Assembly (NCBI GenBank): GCA_963932905.1
Contig: CAWVRN010000003.1
Coordinates: 1 to 64,000, forward strand
Length of the DNA: 64,000 nt
From: an uncultured Bdellovibrio sp.
GTDB lineage: Bacteria > Bdellovibrionota > Bdellovibrionia > Bdellovibrionales > Bdellovibrionaceae
Direction: 5' to 3'
The stretch's first letter is position 1. Each line of letters begins with the position of its first letter. The notes below the pieces were generated by a model. That model was not told where the DNA came from. It did no database searches and saw only the letters and a program-made list of their open reading frames with translations. Below are positions 29,339 to 41,000 of this stretch, in pieces. The position numbers and the translations under genes were made by a program.

Positions 29339-29905
29339 ATGACAAATGTAAAAAGAGTGATTCAAGTCTCGTTTCTTGCAAATTATAAAACGGCCGACAA
29401 TATTTCATTTAATTTTCGTATTCTTTGCGATCTCTATCAAATTTACTATCACTCGAGCACTATAAAAAAAATACGCCTTAGAAAACCTATAATAATTTTG
29501 ATAGTATCAATTTGCGAGGCCATTCTTTATGATTTCATTTTTCGTATCAGAAAGTTTACAAATGAAGGGGTAACACTACCTAAAAAAACATTACAGCAAA
29601 TTCAAAGTAACAACCAAATAAAGTTTGGAAGACTAATCGGAATAGCCCAAAGCAATAATGTTTTTCAACTGCCAATTACTAACAGCAAAAGCATTTACAA
29701 AGACTTAACTGTGCTGAAAGAAATCCGAGACAGAGTGCATATTCAATGGCCAGGAAATCTAGGGATCGATGAATCGGCGATTTACACAGCAGCAAATATG
29801 AAATTGGCAGAAGATACTTTGGATTTACTCATCTCAACCATCGAAAAAAATCACCCCAGGCCGGGAAAAGCAAAGTTTATACCTAAATTCAACATTCCGT
29901 GGTGA
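29339..29905 (+). CDS. Putative HEPN-like (DUF4145-type) helical nuclease
   Basis: IIIL..SI.EA.L helix and L..L.EIRDRVH (R..H) motif. Confidence 0.5.
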   Translation: MTNVKRVIQVSFLANYKTADNISFNFRILCDLYQIYYHSSTIKKIRLRKPIIILIVSICEAILYDFIFRIRKFTNEGVTLPKKTLQQIQSNNQIKFGRLIGIAQSNNVFQLPITNSKSIYKDLTVLKEIRDRVHIQWPGNLGIDESAIYTAANMKLAEDTLDLLISTIEKNHPRPGKAKFIPKFNIPW

Positions 29906-30093
29906 CCACACTTTTGGGGCCGCCTTATCCCGTAGCGGCATTATAAAAAACTGAAAATCCTAAAACGTATTAAAATGAAAAGAGAGCAAAGTGAAACAAA
30001 CGATAGCCACATTTACCTTGGGATTCTAGAAAACTATGGACAATCACGTAGTTAGTATACTACTCCAATTAATCATTAGACCTGGGGGCAAAT

Positions 30094-31134
30094 ATTTCAG
30101 TTCCAGCCGATGAATTAGAGAATAGAGAGCTAAACGATGATTGGATCGTAGTTAGCAAGATCAATAAGAATCCAGTCGGCACCGGTGGTGCGTTCTCAAT
30201 TCCGTATATTGTGAAAAACAAAAAAACGGGAGAAGAAGCTTTCCTCAAAGCCTTAGACTTCTCGTCGTCGGCCCAGTCATCCGACAGGCTGACCGCCTGG
30301 AAAATTTTAGTTGAAGCATATCTTTTTGAGCGGGATTTGCTCCTAAAATGCAAAACCAAAAAACTTAACAATATTTCTACACCAATTGCACATGGCGACG
30401 TTTTCGTTCCGGGATATTCGGAGTTTGGAAGGGTTTACTACTTAATTTTTGAAAAGGCCGAAGAGGGAGACGTTCGTAATTATCTTAGTAAACCTAGTGC
30501 TTTCGAGTTACGTTGGTGTTTCGCTAGCTTACATAGCATTGCTGTGGGTATTAGACAGTTACACACAAATGGGATTGCACATCAGGATTTAAAACCGTCA
30601 AATGTTCTCATCATGAATACTGAAAACACAAAAATTTCGGATCTTGGCCGAGCCTCCGATTCAGTCACTCCCTCTGAAAATGACAATCGTATGGTAGCGG
30701 GAGATCGAGGCTACGCTCCAATTGATCTTTGGTTTGAAGAGATTCCTATTAAGGGATTTGAAAGGAAATTTTTAACCGATATCTATTTATTGGGAAGTTT
30801 GATTTACTTTTTTTTCACTGGTGTAAGTGCGAAACAAGCTCTTTATTCGAAATTAACTGCCGATCAAAGAATTAATCGAGAAATGAAATTTAACGAACTC
30901 CTTCCTTATTTAAGAGACGCTTTTGCATTAACTCTTGAAGACCTTCGAACGGAAATTAAAAAGGTTGCTCCAGATTTCGTTGAAGACTTGATTGAGCTCG
31001 TAAAACAACTTTGCGAACCCGACCCCTCTCAGCGCGGAGATCCCAAATGGCAGCGCACACTCACTCCAACTTATGATTTGCAGAGAGTCATTTCAAAACT
31101 AAATATAATGGTTAGTACGGTTAGGCGTAATTAA
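30094..31134 (+). CDS. Hanks-type Ser/Thr protein kinase (start probably non-canonical ATT at 30094)
   Basis: Gly loop GTGGAFS upstream of the tracked GTG; AFLKA, HQDLKPSN, DLG, GDRGYAP, DIYLLG. Confidence 0.85.
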   Translation: MSVPADELENRELNDDWIVVSKINKNPVGTGGAFSIPYIVKNKKTGEEAFLKALDFSSSAQSSDRLTAWKILVEAYLFERDLLLKCKTKKLNNISTPIAHGDVFVPGYSEFGRVYYLIFEKAEEGDVRNYLSKPSAFELRWCFASLHSIAVGIRQLHTNGIAHQDLKPSNVLIMNTENTKISDLGRASDSVTPSENDNRMVAGDRGYAPIDLWFEEIPIKGFERKFLTDIYLLGSLIYFFFTGVSAKQALYSKLTADQRINREMKFNELLPYLRDAFALTLEDLRTEIKKVAPDFVEDLIELVKQLCEPDPSQRGDPKWQRTLTPTYDLQRVISKLNIMVSTVRRN

Positions 31135-32651
31135 TGAGTTTCAAAAACATTTTTAGTGGAACCCGACATATGATTCCTCGATGGTTCACCTATCCTACGG
31201 CGAGGTGGCTCGGGCTCCTTAATGGAGTGCAACCTCCAAAGGACATTCTCTCGTCGATTGACTTTGAACGATCAAAGGCTGACTGGTTAAACAACAACGA
31301 CAAGCTGATTCATGCAAATGAAGCTGTTGGAAATTCGATAATGTTAAATCGCTTCAACGATCCTAGCATAAATGAAGCAGCAAAATTTGTTTTGACCAAT
31401 GAAAACGCTAGTCAAATTGCTAGAACAATGGCTAATGACTATATTTTCTATTCCCAAGGCGGCGTGGAGCCCACTCCAGAAACTTATTTACCTCAAGCTA
31501 CTCCTGCTTATTTTAAAATTATCTCTAATATTAAAAAACAGTTAATCGAATATCCCAAAAACTATATTAAATGGGCCGAACTTTCCTTTTTTTACGCTAC
31601 AATCGGGCAAACAGAAAAAGCTGAAAAATGCATGGATATTGCCATATCTGGAAATTCAGAAAATAGGTTCATTTTGCTTTCAGCCTCAAGATATTTTATG
31701 CATTCCGAGAATCAGGACAGAGCTCTTTATTACTTAAGAAAGGCGGCAAACAAATTAACTGATCCATGGGTTATATCGGCTGAAATTGCGATTTCAGATA
31801 CTTTGGGTCTTGGCCCAAAAACATATAAACAAGGCAATCTTCTTTTGGAAAGTGATAAGATTACCGACTTTCATAAATCGGAACTTGCTAGTGCAATCGG
31901 AACAATTGAAAGCAAATCCGGTCTGATAAAATCAGCAAGAAAATATATGCGAACGGCATTAATTAATCCGACTGAAAATTCAATTGCTCAAGCCGTATTC
32001 TTAGCTCCAAATTTGGGGGTTTTTGACCTCGGCCAATCTTTGCTAAATAGTAAAGTATCATTTGAAGCGGAATCTAGATTAAGCTTTCAAGCCGGAAAAT
32101 ACCGCGAGTCACTTGAACTGGTTAAAAAGTGGCTAAAGTTTCAACCATTCAGTTCTCGACCAGCTATTATGGGATCATATATAGCTTCCGTTGCTCTAGG
32201 TGATTTCGAGGAAGGAATTAACATTGCGAAAATTGGGCTTCTCACATCTCCTCATGAATTTATGCTTTTAAACAACTTAGCATTCTCGCTCATATCATTG
32301 GATCGGTTGCCAGAGGCCGAAGAAGTTTTAAATCGTATGCCCTCAACGATTCAGATCAAGGCCGAGTCAGCAGTCTTTCTTGCTACCCAGGGAGCTTTTG
32401 AATTCCGAAGCAATCGTATAGAACGCGGAAGAGAACTTTATCAAGAATCTATTTCTATATTTACGGAGCTTAAAGATGAAGTTTCGAAAGCTTTGGCAAC
32501 GTATTTTTGGAAAAGAGAAGAGAGTCGAGTCAAAGATGATAGTTGGATTGATAAAGTAAATTACGAGCTCAATCAGCTTCTAAAAAAGACCGGATTGGAC
32601 GAAGTAAAGTTATTCGTAAATGAAAATGAGAAAAAACCGCAATCAGAATAG
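31134..32651 (+). CDS. TPR-repeat protein translationally coupled to the kinase
   Basis: TAATG overlap; repeated TPR-like units (NNLAFSL..L....EA, G.....G...Y..SI). Confidence 0.75.
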   Translation: MSFKNIFSGTRHMIPRWFTYPTARWLGLLNGVQPPKDILSSIDFERSKADWLNNNDKLIHANEAVGNSIMLNRFNDPSINEAAKFVLTNENASQIARTMANDYIFYSQGGVEPTPETYLPQATPAYFKIISNIKKQLIEYPKNYIKWAELSFFYATIGQTEKAEKCMDIAISGNSENRFILLSASRYFMHSENQDRALYYLRKAANKLTDPWVISAEIAISDTLGLGPKTYKQGNLLLESDKITDFHKSELASAIGTIESKSGLIKSARKYMRTALINPTENSIAQAVFLAPNLGVFDLGQSLLNSKVSFEAESRLSFQAGKYRESLELVKKWLKFQPFSSRPAIMGSYIASVALGDFEEGINIAKIGLLTSPHEFMLLNNLAFSLISLDRLPEAEEVLNRMPSTIQIKAESAVFLATQGAFEFRSNRIERGRELYQESISIFTELKDEVSKALATYFWKREESRVKDDSWIDKVNYELNQLLKKTGLDEVKLFVNENEKKPQSE

Positions 32652-32685
32652 TACGTAAGTGAATGCGGCTAAACCTTCGGGACGA

Positions 32686-32856
32686 TTATTTATTTACCAA
32701 CATGTTGTTTAATTCTTTAAAAGACACCCCTCCCTTTTTATGGGCGCGCACTGCCTCTTTACCAATTGAGTTTTTGGCCTCCATCAATGTGCCTGTTGCC
32801 AGGCAGGCTATTGCAATCCAAATAATAGCTTTAATAAACTTAATCGGTCCAGACAT
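32686..32856 (-). CDS. Small (56 aa) membrane protein
   Basis: AAGGAGA RBS before ATG 32856; one TM. Confidence 0.5.
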   Translation of the reverse strand: MSGPIKFIKAIIWIAIACLATGTLMEAKNSIGKEAVRAHKKGGVSFKELNNMLVNK

Positions 32857-32904
32857 GTATTCTCCTTTTTTACTAGAAAAATAGCTGTGTGAGCGGCTTT
32901 TGGG

Positions 32905-32937
32905 TTGGTAGCAAATTGGTAGCAAAAAAGTAGCAAA
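32905..32937. repeat. Tandem TTGGTAGCAAA repeats, integrase arm-type-like sites
   Basis: TTGGTAGCAAA x2 plus GTAGCAAA, about 125 bp from the tRNA remnant. Confidence 0.6.
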
Positions 32938-33060
32938 GCGATGAAATTTGGCGACGTTTCTTGATATTTCAGAGTCGATTAGCAAAAACCAATTCTCGTG
33001 TTTTTAAGTACTTAGAACATTTTCATTTTTTTAATTTTCTGGATTTCTTCGAAAGAAGAA

Positions 33061-33112
<52 letters not shown>

Positions 33113-33464
33113 GCTTACCATCTTAAAGGCATAGGTCGGCCAAGGGGTGCCAGCGGAAAAGCTGACCCCGTGAGACGCTAAAAATTTTGGATTTGAATGA
33201 GCCTGTCGGCCCGATAAATGTCGCAAACGTGGATCTTTTAGACCCAGGCGAACGCTCGAAATTTTTTTTGATGTGATGTGGCGGGAGAGGGAATGTAACG
33301 CAGGCTGTCTTCACGATTAGCGTGAGAACGGCGATTTTTCCTATGACTTTTTCATCGGCTAGCCCATTCATCGGGCATCGGAGAGAGCCTTGAACTCCCA
33401 GGTGTGCCTGTCACACCGATGCGTATATCGCTATATTACGAACACGGAAAATTATGTTGGAGCG

Positions 33465-33734
33465 TTAGCCCCAATCAAAATCACCATCGTTCGCTTTCTT
33501 AATGAGTTCGTCGATGTCGACATAACGATTTCTATCCGCTGATGGATGAATGAGAGCGTAGTCTCTTAGAATTTTTCTTAGAGCACGTTTATTCCGGCAA
33601 TCATTTCGGCGTCCTGGAATAAAGTTTCTCTTAATGAACTCCTGAACAACATCAACGATAATTCGGTTCAGGATTTTTCTTAATGCTTCGTTCTCTGCTT
33701 TGGCTTTTAGGTAGGTTCTCTTTTTTACGAACAT
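33465..33734 (-). CDS. Small basic hypothetical protein
   Basis: ORF coupled to the upstream 33736 ORF. Confidence 0.5.
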   Translation of the reverse strand: MFVKKRTYLKAKAENEALRKILNRIIVDVVQEFIKRNFIPGRRNDCRNKRALRKILRDYALIHPSADRNRYVDIDELIKKANDGDFDWG

Positions 33735-33735
33735 T

Positions 33736-34071
33736 TTACGCCTCGACTTTCAGAGTCGGCAAAATCTCTTCAAGACTCGTGAAGTACTCGATGAATAGTT
33801 CGTCAGCCTCTGCGTAGAACTTCAAAGCGTAGGCTTTGCTTTTTTCCAGGTTATTCAAGTCGAAGTAATACCGAATCACCCGACATAGAGTTTCAAGATA
33901 TTCTGCCAAGACTTCTTGGTGAACCTCCTTCGGCATTCCAATATCGCTGAGGTGAAGATTGTCGGCTTTATCGAAACCGCAAGCGACGAAGAGACACTCA
34001 TGCTTCTCCACCATCCTGGTAATGGCATTTAAGTCGGACTGAATTCTCGAACTGGATTTCTGTTGCCCCAT
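33736..34071 (-). CDS. Small hypothetical protein
   Basis: AAGGA RBS, 111 aa. Confidence 0.55.
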   Translation of the reverse strand: MGQQKSSSRIQSDLNAITRMVEKHECLFVACGFDKADNLHLSDIGMPKEVHQEVLAEYLETLCRVIRYYFDLNNLEKSKAYALKFYAEADELFIEYFTSLEEILPTLKVEA

Positions 34072-34570
34072 AAATTTCCTTTCTTCTTTGGTTAAGAAGG
34101 AAATTTTCTAATCACCATGGGATGTGATTGAGGCACCCTTTTGTTTGAAGCGGAAAAAGGTAAGGTTCATTTCCAACCGCTTTATTCGTATAAGAACAAT
34201 ATATCATTTTCCGTGCCACTCGTCAAGTCAAAAGGCTAGTGATTACAGCTATTTATGTCTCATTTTGAGACAGCCTACATGTGGCTTAGAACAGCCTTTT
34301 AACTCCGATTTAGTTTAACAAAATCGAACTAATGCCGGAGGCAAGCCGTAGCCCGCAGAGGCGAAGGCGAAGTCTTCGGTCATCCCGTAGTTCTATTAGG
34401 GATGACTTATTAAAGTTAGCCCCAGAAATTCAGAAAATACGCGATATACGCCGTATTTAAATTTTCTTTCGAAAAATCTCAGATTTCCCAAAATTTCTCC
34501 TATTTAAAAAAAGTGAAGTCGTTGGTGGTCAACGAACTCACTTAATCAAACAGCCTTCGGGCAAGGAGAA

Positions 34571-34813
34571 ATGAATATGAAACAGTTTATCTTAGCAAAG
34601 GTCCATTCGTGTTCTGCGAACTTGGAACCAAAAGATTTGGAGAAAGGGCTGACCCACATTGTGGTCATCGAAGCAACGAAGCGAATCGCTGATGTTGTGG
34701 TGCCAGATTTTTTGAAATGTAAAAGCCTGACTAAGCTTGAACCGGGAGAAACGCTTTTAGAGGTAGAGATGTTTAACATCGCACCTCCTGGCGGCGGTAA
34801 GTTACCACAGTAA
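34571..34813 (+). CDS. Small hypothetical protein, possibly truncated
   Basis: AAGGAGA RBS; beta-rich 80 aa. Confidence 0.45.
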   Translation: MNMKQFILAKVHSCSANLEPKDLEKGLTHIVVIEATKRIADVVVPDFLKCKSLTKLEPGETLLEVEMFNIAPPGGGKLPQ

Positions 34814-35082
34814 TTGGAGAATCAAGCTTTCCTGGAAAGGGATCTTTTTGAAGAAATCTACCTGAGCTTGAGTTCAATGATTCAACTAAATCAAGTGTAT
34901 TATTATGATAATTTTTATACTAGTGTTTGTAAAGCATATTAGATTATAAAGTACTCTAATTTAACCAATCGCCTTCTTGTTGGACAGTCTCATTTTTAGA
35001 TACAATAAAAATTGTCTAGACTAAAGTTATTTAATTTATAGTCCGAGATTTTTAGCGAACCAATCTTAAGGGGAGCCATCTC

Positions 35083-38000
35083 ATGTATCGCTTAACGGCT
35101 ATCGCTATTCTATTGTTTGCTCAGTTCGTCCTTGCTCAAAACACCGCAGATCAGGTTGTGGTCTTTCCTGATAAGACCTACCGTGGCTCCTTCAAATCGG
35201 TCAATCAAGTTACCGAAACAATTAGCGTCACTTCAGACGCAATCAAAAATGACTTTATCATTAAGATGAAAAACGCCGACGGTCAGAATCACGAAAATGT
35301 CGTCTGCGCGGGCGGACTACTTCAAAAATGTTCCTGCGGTCTTAAGAACCTTGCTAATTTACTTTATCGCACTTTTTTCAGAGTTGAATATGCTGAAATC
35401 ACTTGGAACGGCAAAAAGGTCGTCGATGCGAATACGTTTAATAGAAACGTAGCCACTCTTTCTGTTTCTGTAAAACCGGAGCTAAGCAATTCGCTCGTGA
35501 TCAAATATAAAGGACTATTTACTTCGTATTTCTCACTTGGAATATATCGCCCGTCTTCACCGAAGGACACTACTGCGCCGACTATTTTGACCCAATTACG
35601 TAGTAATACGTTCACAAATCAAAAATCGGCGAATGTTGAAATTCAGGATATTTCCAATGTCACATCCACAGTTTCCATCAATGGGGCCGTAGTTAAATCG
35701 TCAACGGCAAAAAGTTTTACTTTCGATCTTGTTAACGGAAACAATAACATTGAAATCAAATCTCAAGATCAGTTTAACAACATAGCTTCGCCTGTTGTGA
35801 TTTCAAATGTAGTTTTGGATCAATCAAACCCAAGTATTTCTCTGTCATCGAGCGATCCGGTTTATGTTAACTCACTACCGAAAACTTTAGCTGCCCAGTT
35901 CATATCAAACGAGCCTTTGAAATCGCTTCTTGTGAATTCAAATCAGGTGTCGCTTAATGAGAGTGGAAAGATTGGCGTCTATAATTTTAGCATTTTGCAA
36001 TCTGGCGCCAATAGTGTCGCTGTTCAAGCGACAGATCTAGCGGGAAATGTATCAAATCAAAATTTATCGCTTTCGGTAATTCTCGACAACACCTCCCCTG
36101 CAATTTCTTTTGGAATAGCTGAGGGAACACTAACTAATCAAAGCTTAATCGTAATCCCCATCAAAATCACAGAGGCCAATGATGTTCACTCGATAATAAA
36201 AGTTAACGGCGTGGATGTACTCAGAACCGGCGCCAAGGAATTTGATTTCGAAGCTAGTCTTTTATTAGAAGGTGAAAATCAAGTTCAAGTTGAAAGTACC
36301 GATATCGCTGGAAACATTTCACAATCACTAATTTTGAAAATTATAAAAGATTCAACACAACCCGTTCTTTCAAATATCCAGCCCGCGAACAATCGCAGAA
36401 TTGATCGTCTTGTTTTTTCAGTTACAGGCCGTGCAAATGAAAAACTGGATCAAATAAATGTCAATGGTCTGGCGCTAACTTTAGATGCAAACAGAGTCAA
36501 CTTTTCGGGAACCTATGTGGCTGCTAAAAACGGTACAGAAGAACTTTTGTTTTCCGCAACTGATCTTGCTGGAAATAAAACCGAAATTAGAAATACTATT
36601 CAAATCGACAATCGTTTATTGATACCGGAACTTGTGTCTATTAGCCCTAGTCCAGATCGGCTGCATTTAAATATAATAGGCGCGGCAGGGAGCGTAAGAT
36701 CTGAAATCAGCGTGAGCGCCTCTAGTGGACTTTTGGGATTTTATTCTGATAGCACGACGTCAACTGTAGATGGCAGTTTTATTTTAAAATTACCTCCATT
36801 TTCGACTGCAACTTTAAAAGTTAAAGATCAGCAAAATAACGAGGAGACAACTCTAACTCTTTCTTACGAAATCGGCACTCGACTGTCCGGCATTATCAAA
36901 GACACGGACGGAAATCCACTTCCGGGAGCCACTATTAGAATTTCTTCTTATGACGGCAGTGTCCTATCAGATAGCTCTGGGGTATTTAGCATTGCTAGCC
37001 CGGCCACTGGTGATCAGACTCTAACTGTTGACGGTTCTACAATTGCGCAATCAGTTACCGGACCTAGTCGTAAATTTTCAACTACACAAATTCAAATTAA
37101 CATCGGACTAGGCCAAGAAAACGTTTTAGAGCGGCCAATTTATCTAGCACCGCTAATTCTTAATGGCAGCGAAACGACAATCATTGCTGGAGAAAGTGCG
37201 ACAGTAAAAAATCCCCTAGCGGCCGGAGTGCAATTAGATATTCCTGCCAATTCGACGGTTTTTCCAGGTGGAGGTAGCAGCGGCTCTATAAACATTGCAA
37301 GTATAGACGCGAACAAATCCACTGTTCCAGTTTTAGCAAATGTAGTTCCAGATAAAGTAATCGCATTAGAACCTTCTGGATTAAAATTCCAACAAAGAGT
37401 TCCAGTAACGTTGCCAAACGATAGCGATTTTCCTGCTGGCGTAGAGATGTTTATTCTCTCGATGGATAGCTCAAAAGGAATTTGGGAAGTCGACGGCATG
37501 GCTAAAGTTTCTGAAGACGGAAGGTCCATTGAAACCAAACCTGGGCAAGGAATTTCACATTTTAGCTTGATCTATGCCGCCCCAGCAAAACCGGTTTTAG
37601 CAGCGGTAGACAATCCTAAACAAGCAGGTATTGATATTTCTCAAGGCTCGTTGAGCAGTTCGTTCAGTTTACCTTCATGGAAATCTCTTGGCGTAAGCAT
37701 CGCTCCAAGCTTGATTTACAAAAGTAATTGGGCAAACCCTACAGCCTATGTTTCAAATTATATTGATGTTCCTCGACAGGAGTACACCGCATCCTACGCA
37801 GATTCAGGCTCCGTTTCGTCAATTGAAGCGATAAAGGGTCGATATTGCGACACCGTTTTAGGTGTCCCGGTGAAATGCTACAATACCTATGATGAATACG
37901 TTTTGAGTGTAGAGTATAAAAACACTGCCGAAGTTTCGACTTGGTATCAACCAGATTCTATTAAGTCCCAGTTTTTTATTGGCGACCTGGCCTCAAACAT

Positions 38001-41000
38001 TATCGAGTATATCGACAATTCAACGCCGAACTATGAAAATACGGGTTCATCAAATATTCCAGGATCACTTTTTGCTGGCGGTTTTGGCTCCAACATTACA
38101 AACTACACAGGCATTCCCAATCGATCCATGATTTCCTATGCCGTCCCATTGAAATATTCAACTACGGGCGAGTATCTGCCTTCTGGGGTTTACCCGTCAC
38201 TTGCTAGATACGAATTGAAAATAAAAAACCTTACGATTCGTTCATCTACTGAATACGAAGCGTACTCAGTGAAATTTGTTGATGACAAATTTAGAGAAGC
38301 AAATCAATCGAACGTAATATTGACAAATAAATCGACTACGACAAAGTCGTCGCAAGTTCTAGATCAAATATTTCCTTCCGACGTTTTGGCTCCGTTGTTA
38401 GTGCAAAATAAAGTCAAATCACCTGCCGGACGTGGTTGGCATCTTGGACTTACGCAAAATATTCTAAATCCAGGCGGAAATCGTGTTCTAGTTGAAGAAG
38501 CGAGCGGAGAGCTATCAACTTATTCCGTCAGCAATACAATCTCTACCATTTATAACTCATCCACGACAGGCGTAGATACAAAATCAGCAATAGATTTTTC
38601 TCAGTGGCCAAAAGCAGTGGCGCTCTACCGTAACTCTTCAAAGGAAAACTATTTTGTTGAACTCGATCTATCAAGTTCTTCGCCGATCTTATCAACTTTA
38701 GAGAAAATTGAACAGTACTCTGGGTACTTTACCTATAGTCCATATTATACTGGGGCATGTAGTGCTGATCCTAGCTCTTCAAGTCCAATAAGCGATGTAA
38801 CCTATAGCTATAAAACTCAAAATGACCCAACATCCATAATTAGATTTCAAAATGGCGCGATATATGCCGTTAGTCAGCGAGATCATTCGCTTTACCAAAT
38901 CCAAAGCGGAGTTAATACCTATCTAATTGAAAATAGAACTGCGGCATTGCCGACAAATAGCGCTAAAACAGTGGCGCAGATTGAAAGTGAATGTCTTTCT
39001 ATATCGGGTCAGCCTTGTGATACTAGAGTCAAGAGAACGTACTCATGTGCAAATCCTGATGATACAGAATTTCCTTTCCGATCAATTAGCTTTTATAGAC
39101 CACAGCAGGCTATCACCCAAGGTATACCTGGTTCAGTACGCGGAGAATTCACAAATGCATTTGCAAGTACTCTAGCCCAAGCCGATCTTAACAATCCACA
39201 AGGTATGGTCGTATCTCCAGATGGCTTTTTAGTTATTGCCGACTCTGGTAACAATATGGTTCGTAAAGTCGATCTGACAAACAACCAAATTTCGACCATT
39301 GCGGGTGATGGCTCTAATATCGATCAGATAAACGAGGATTCCCCACTCGTATCGGGAATATTCCACCCACAAAGTGTCGTGTATGACCTTAACAAAAATT
39401 TATACATACTAACTGAAAATGGTTATATCCGCAAAATCAACTCGCAAGGAAAAATTTCGAGCTTTGCCGGCTTACCGCTTTCTCAAGGCGGCGTGCGATC
39501 AGATCAAGCCCCGATGCAGCAGATGGCATTCAATCACCCTCACGGAATGGTGTTTGATAATGTAAATCAGTATCTTTACGTGGCCGACACGGACAATCAT
39601 CGAGTGGTGCGAATTGATCTAAAGACCCAAATGGCTACTAACGTTGCCGGTGGAACGTGCATAGATTCTGAGGTATCCGATAACGGCCCAGCTCTAGGTA
39701 CGTCATTATGTAGTCCAAAATATATTGGTTTAGATTCTAACCAAAATCTTATTATCGTCGATTCAGGGCACAATCGAATCAGAAAAGTAAATTTTAATTT
39801 CTCAACCACTGGAGCACTTGCATTTTTACCTTCAGCGAAGGACGGTTCAAATTTATATAGATACAATGACGGCTCATGGTCTCGCACCTTAAGAAATGGG
39901 ACTATAACTTATTTTAATATCGACGGCCAAGAAATTAAGACGATCGACAGGGTCGGAAACGCAATAAGCTATGAGTACAATAGCCAGAAAAAGCTAACTA
40001 AAATTACGGATGCGGTAAATCAAGTTACGGTACTAAATTACTCAGGTGATTTGCTCTCATCAATCACTGACCCAGCTGGTCGAACTACGTCTTTTAACGT
40101 CAGTTCTGGAAAATTAACCTCCGTTACTTTTCCAGACTCTTCAGTCAAGTCCTTTGAATACGATGACAACGGTCTTATGACAAAAGAAACCAATCAAAAT
40201 GGATTCTCTAAAAAATATGCATATAACCAGTTTAATCGGTTGGCATCGGTTACTGATGAGCAAAATCAGGTAACAGAAGTAAACGATGTTCTTTCAAGCT
40301 CAATGTCAAATAACTATACTGGTGGAAATGTAGGACAACTTAATAATCAAGGTTCAGGAGCTTCTCAGCTTCACGATAGAGTGGTCGACGCAAAAAGTAT
40401 CGAAACTGAAATCACCAAAGATTTCAACGGCCTTATAACAAAAATAAAAGATGGAAAAGGGCAAATTACATCAATTGAACGAGATATCGAAGGATACACA
40501 AAGAAAGTAGTATTCCCGGATTTATCAGAAGTGACTTTAGAATATGATCCAGCAACCAAAGATCTTCTTAAAACGACCGATACTGGAACGGGAATTAGCA
40601 AGTCTCGTTTATTCAATTCGTTTGGACAAATAGTTTCTATAACTGATGGAAGAGGTTTTACTCAAACTAGACAATACGATCCAAGCACAGGTTTGTTGAC
40701 CCAAGAAACACTACCTAGTTCGCAAATTTTTAAATATACGTACACGAACAGTGGACAGCTCGCTTCAACTACCAAAGCCCCCATCGTCGGTGTCAATAAC
40801 ATCACTCTTTTTGAATATGATTCATTTGGAAATAAATCTAGAACCATTTTTCCAGATGGCAGATCAGAATCGTATCTTTACGACAACGCAGGAAACATGA
40901 CCCAAAAACTATTGCAAATAAATGCGAGCGTACAGGAAATCACAAAATATCAATATGACAAATTTAACCGCATTGTGAAAGTGATCTCGCCGAAAAATGA

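Noticed and set aside
32905..32937. CRISPR-like array
   Set aside because: 11-bp tandem repeats with no spacers; no cas genes or repeat-spacer arrays anywhere in the window
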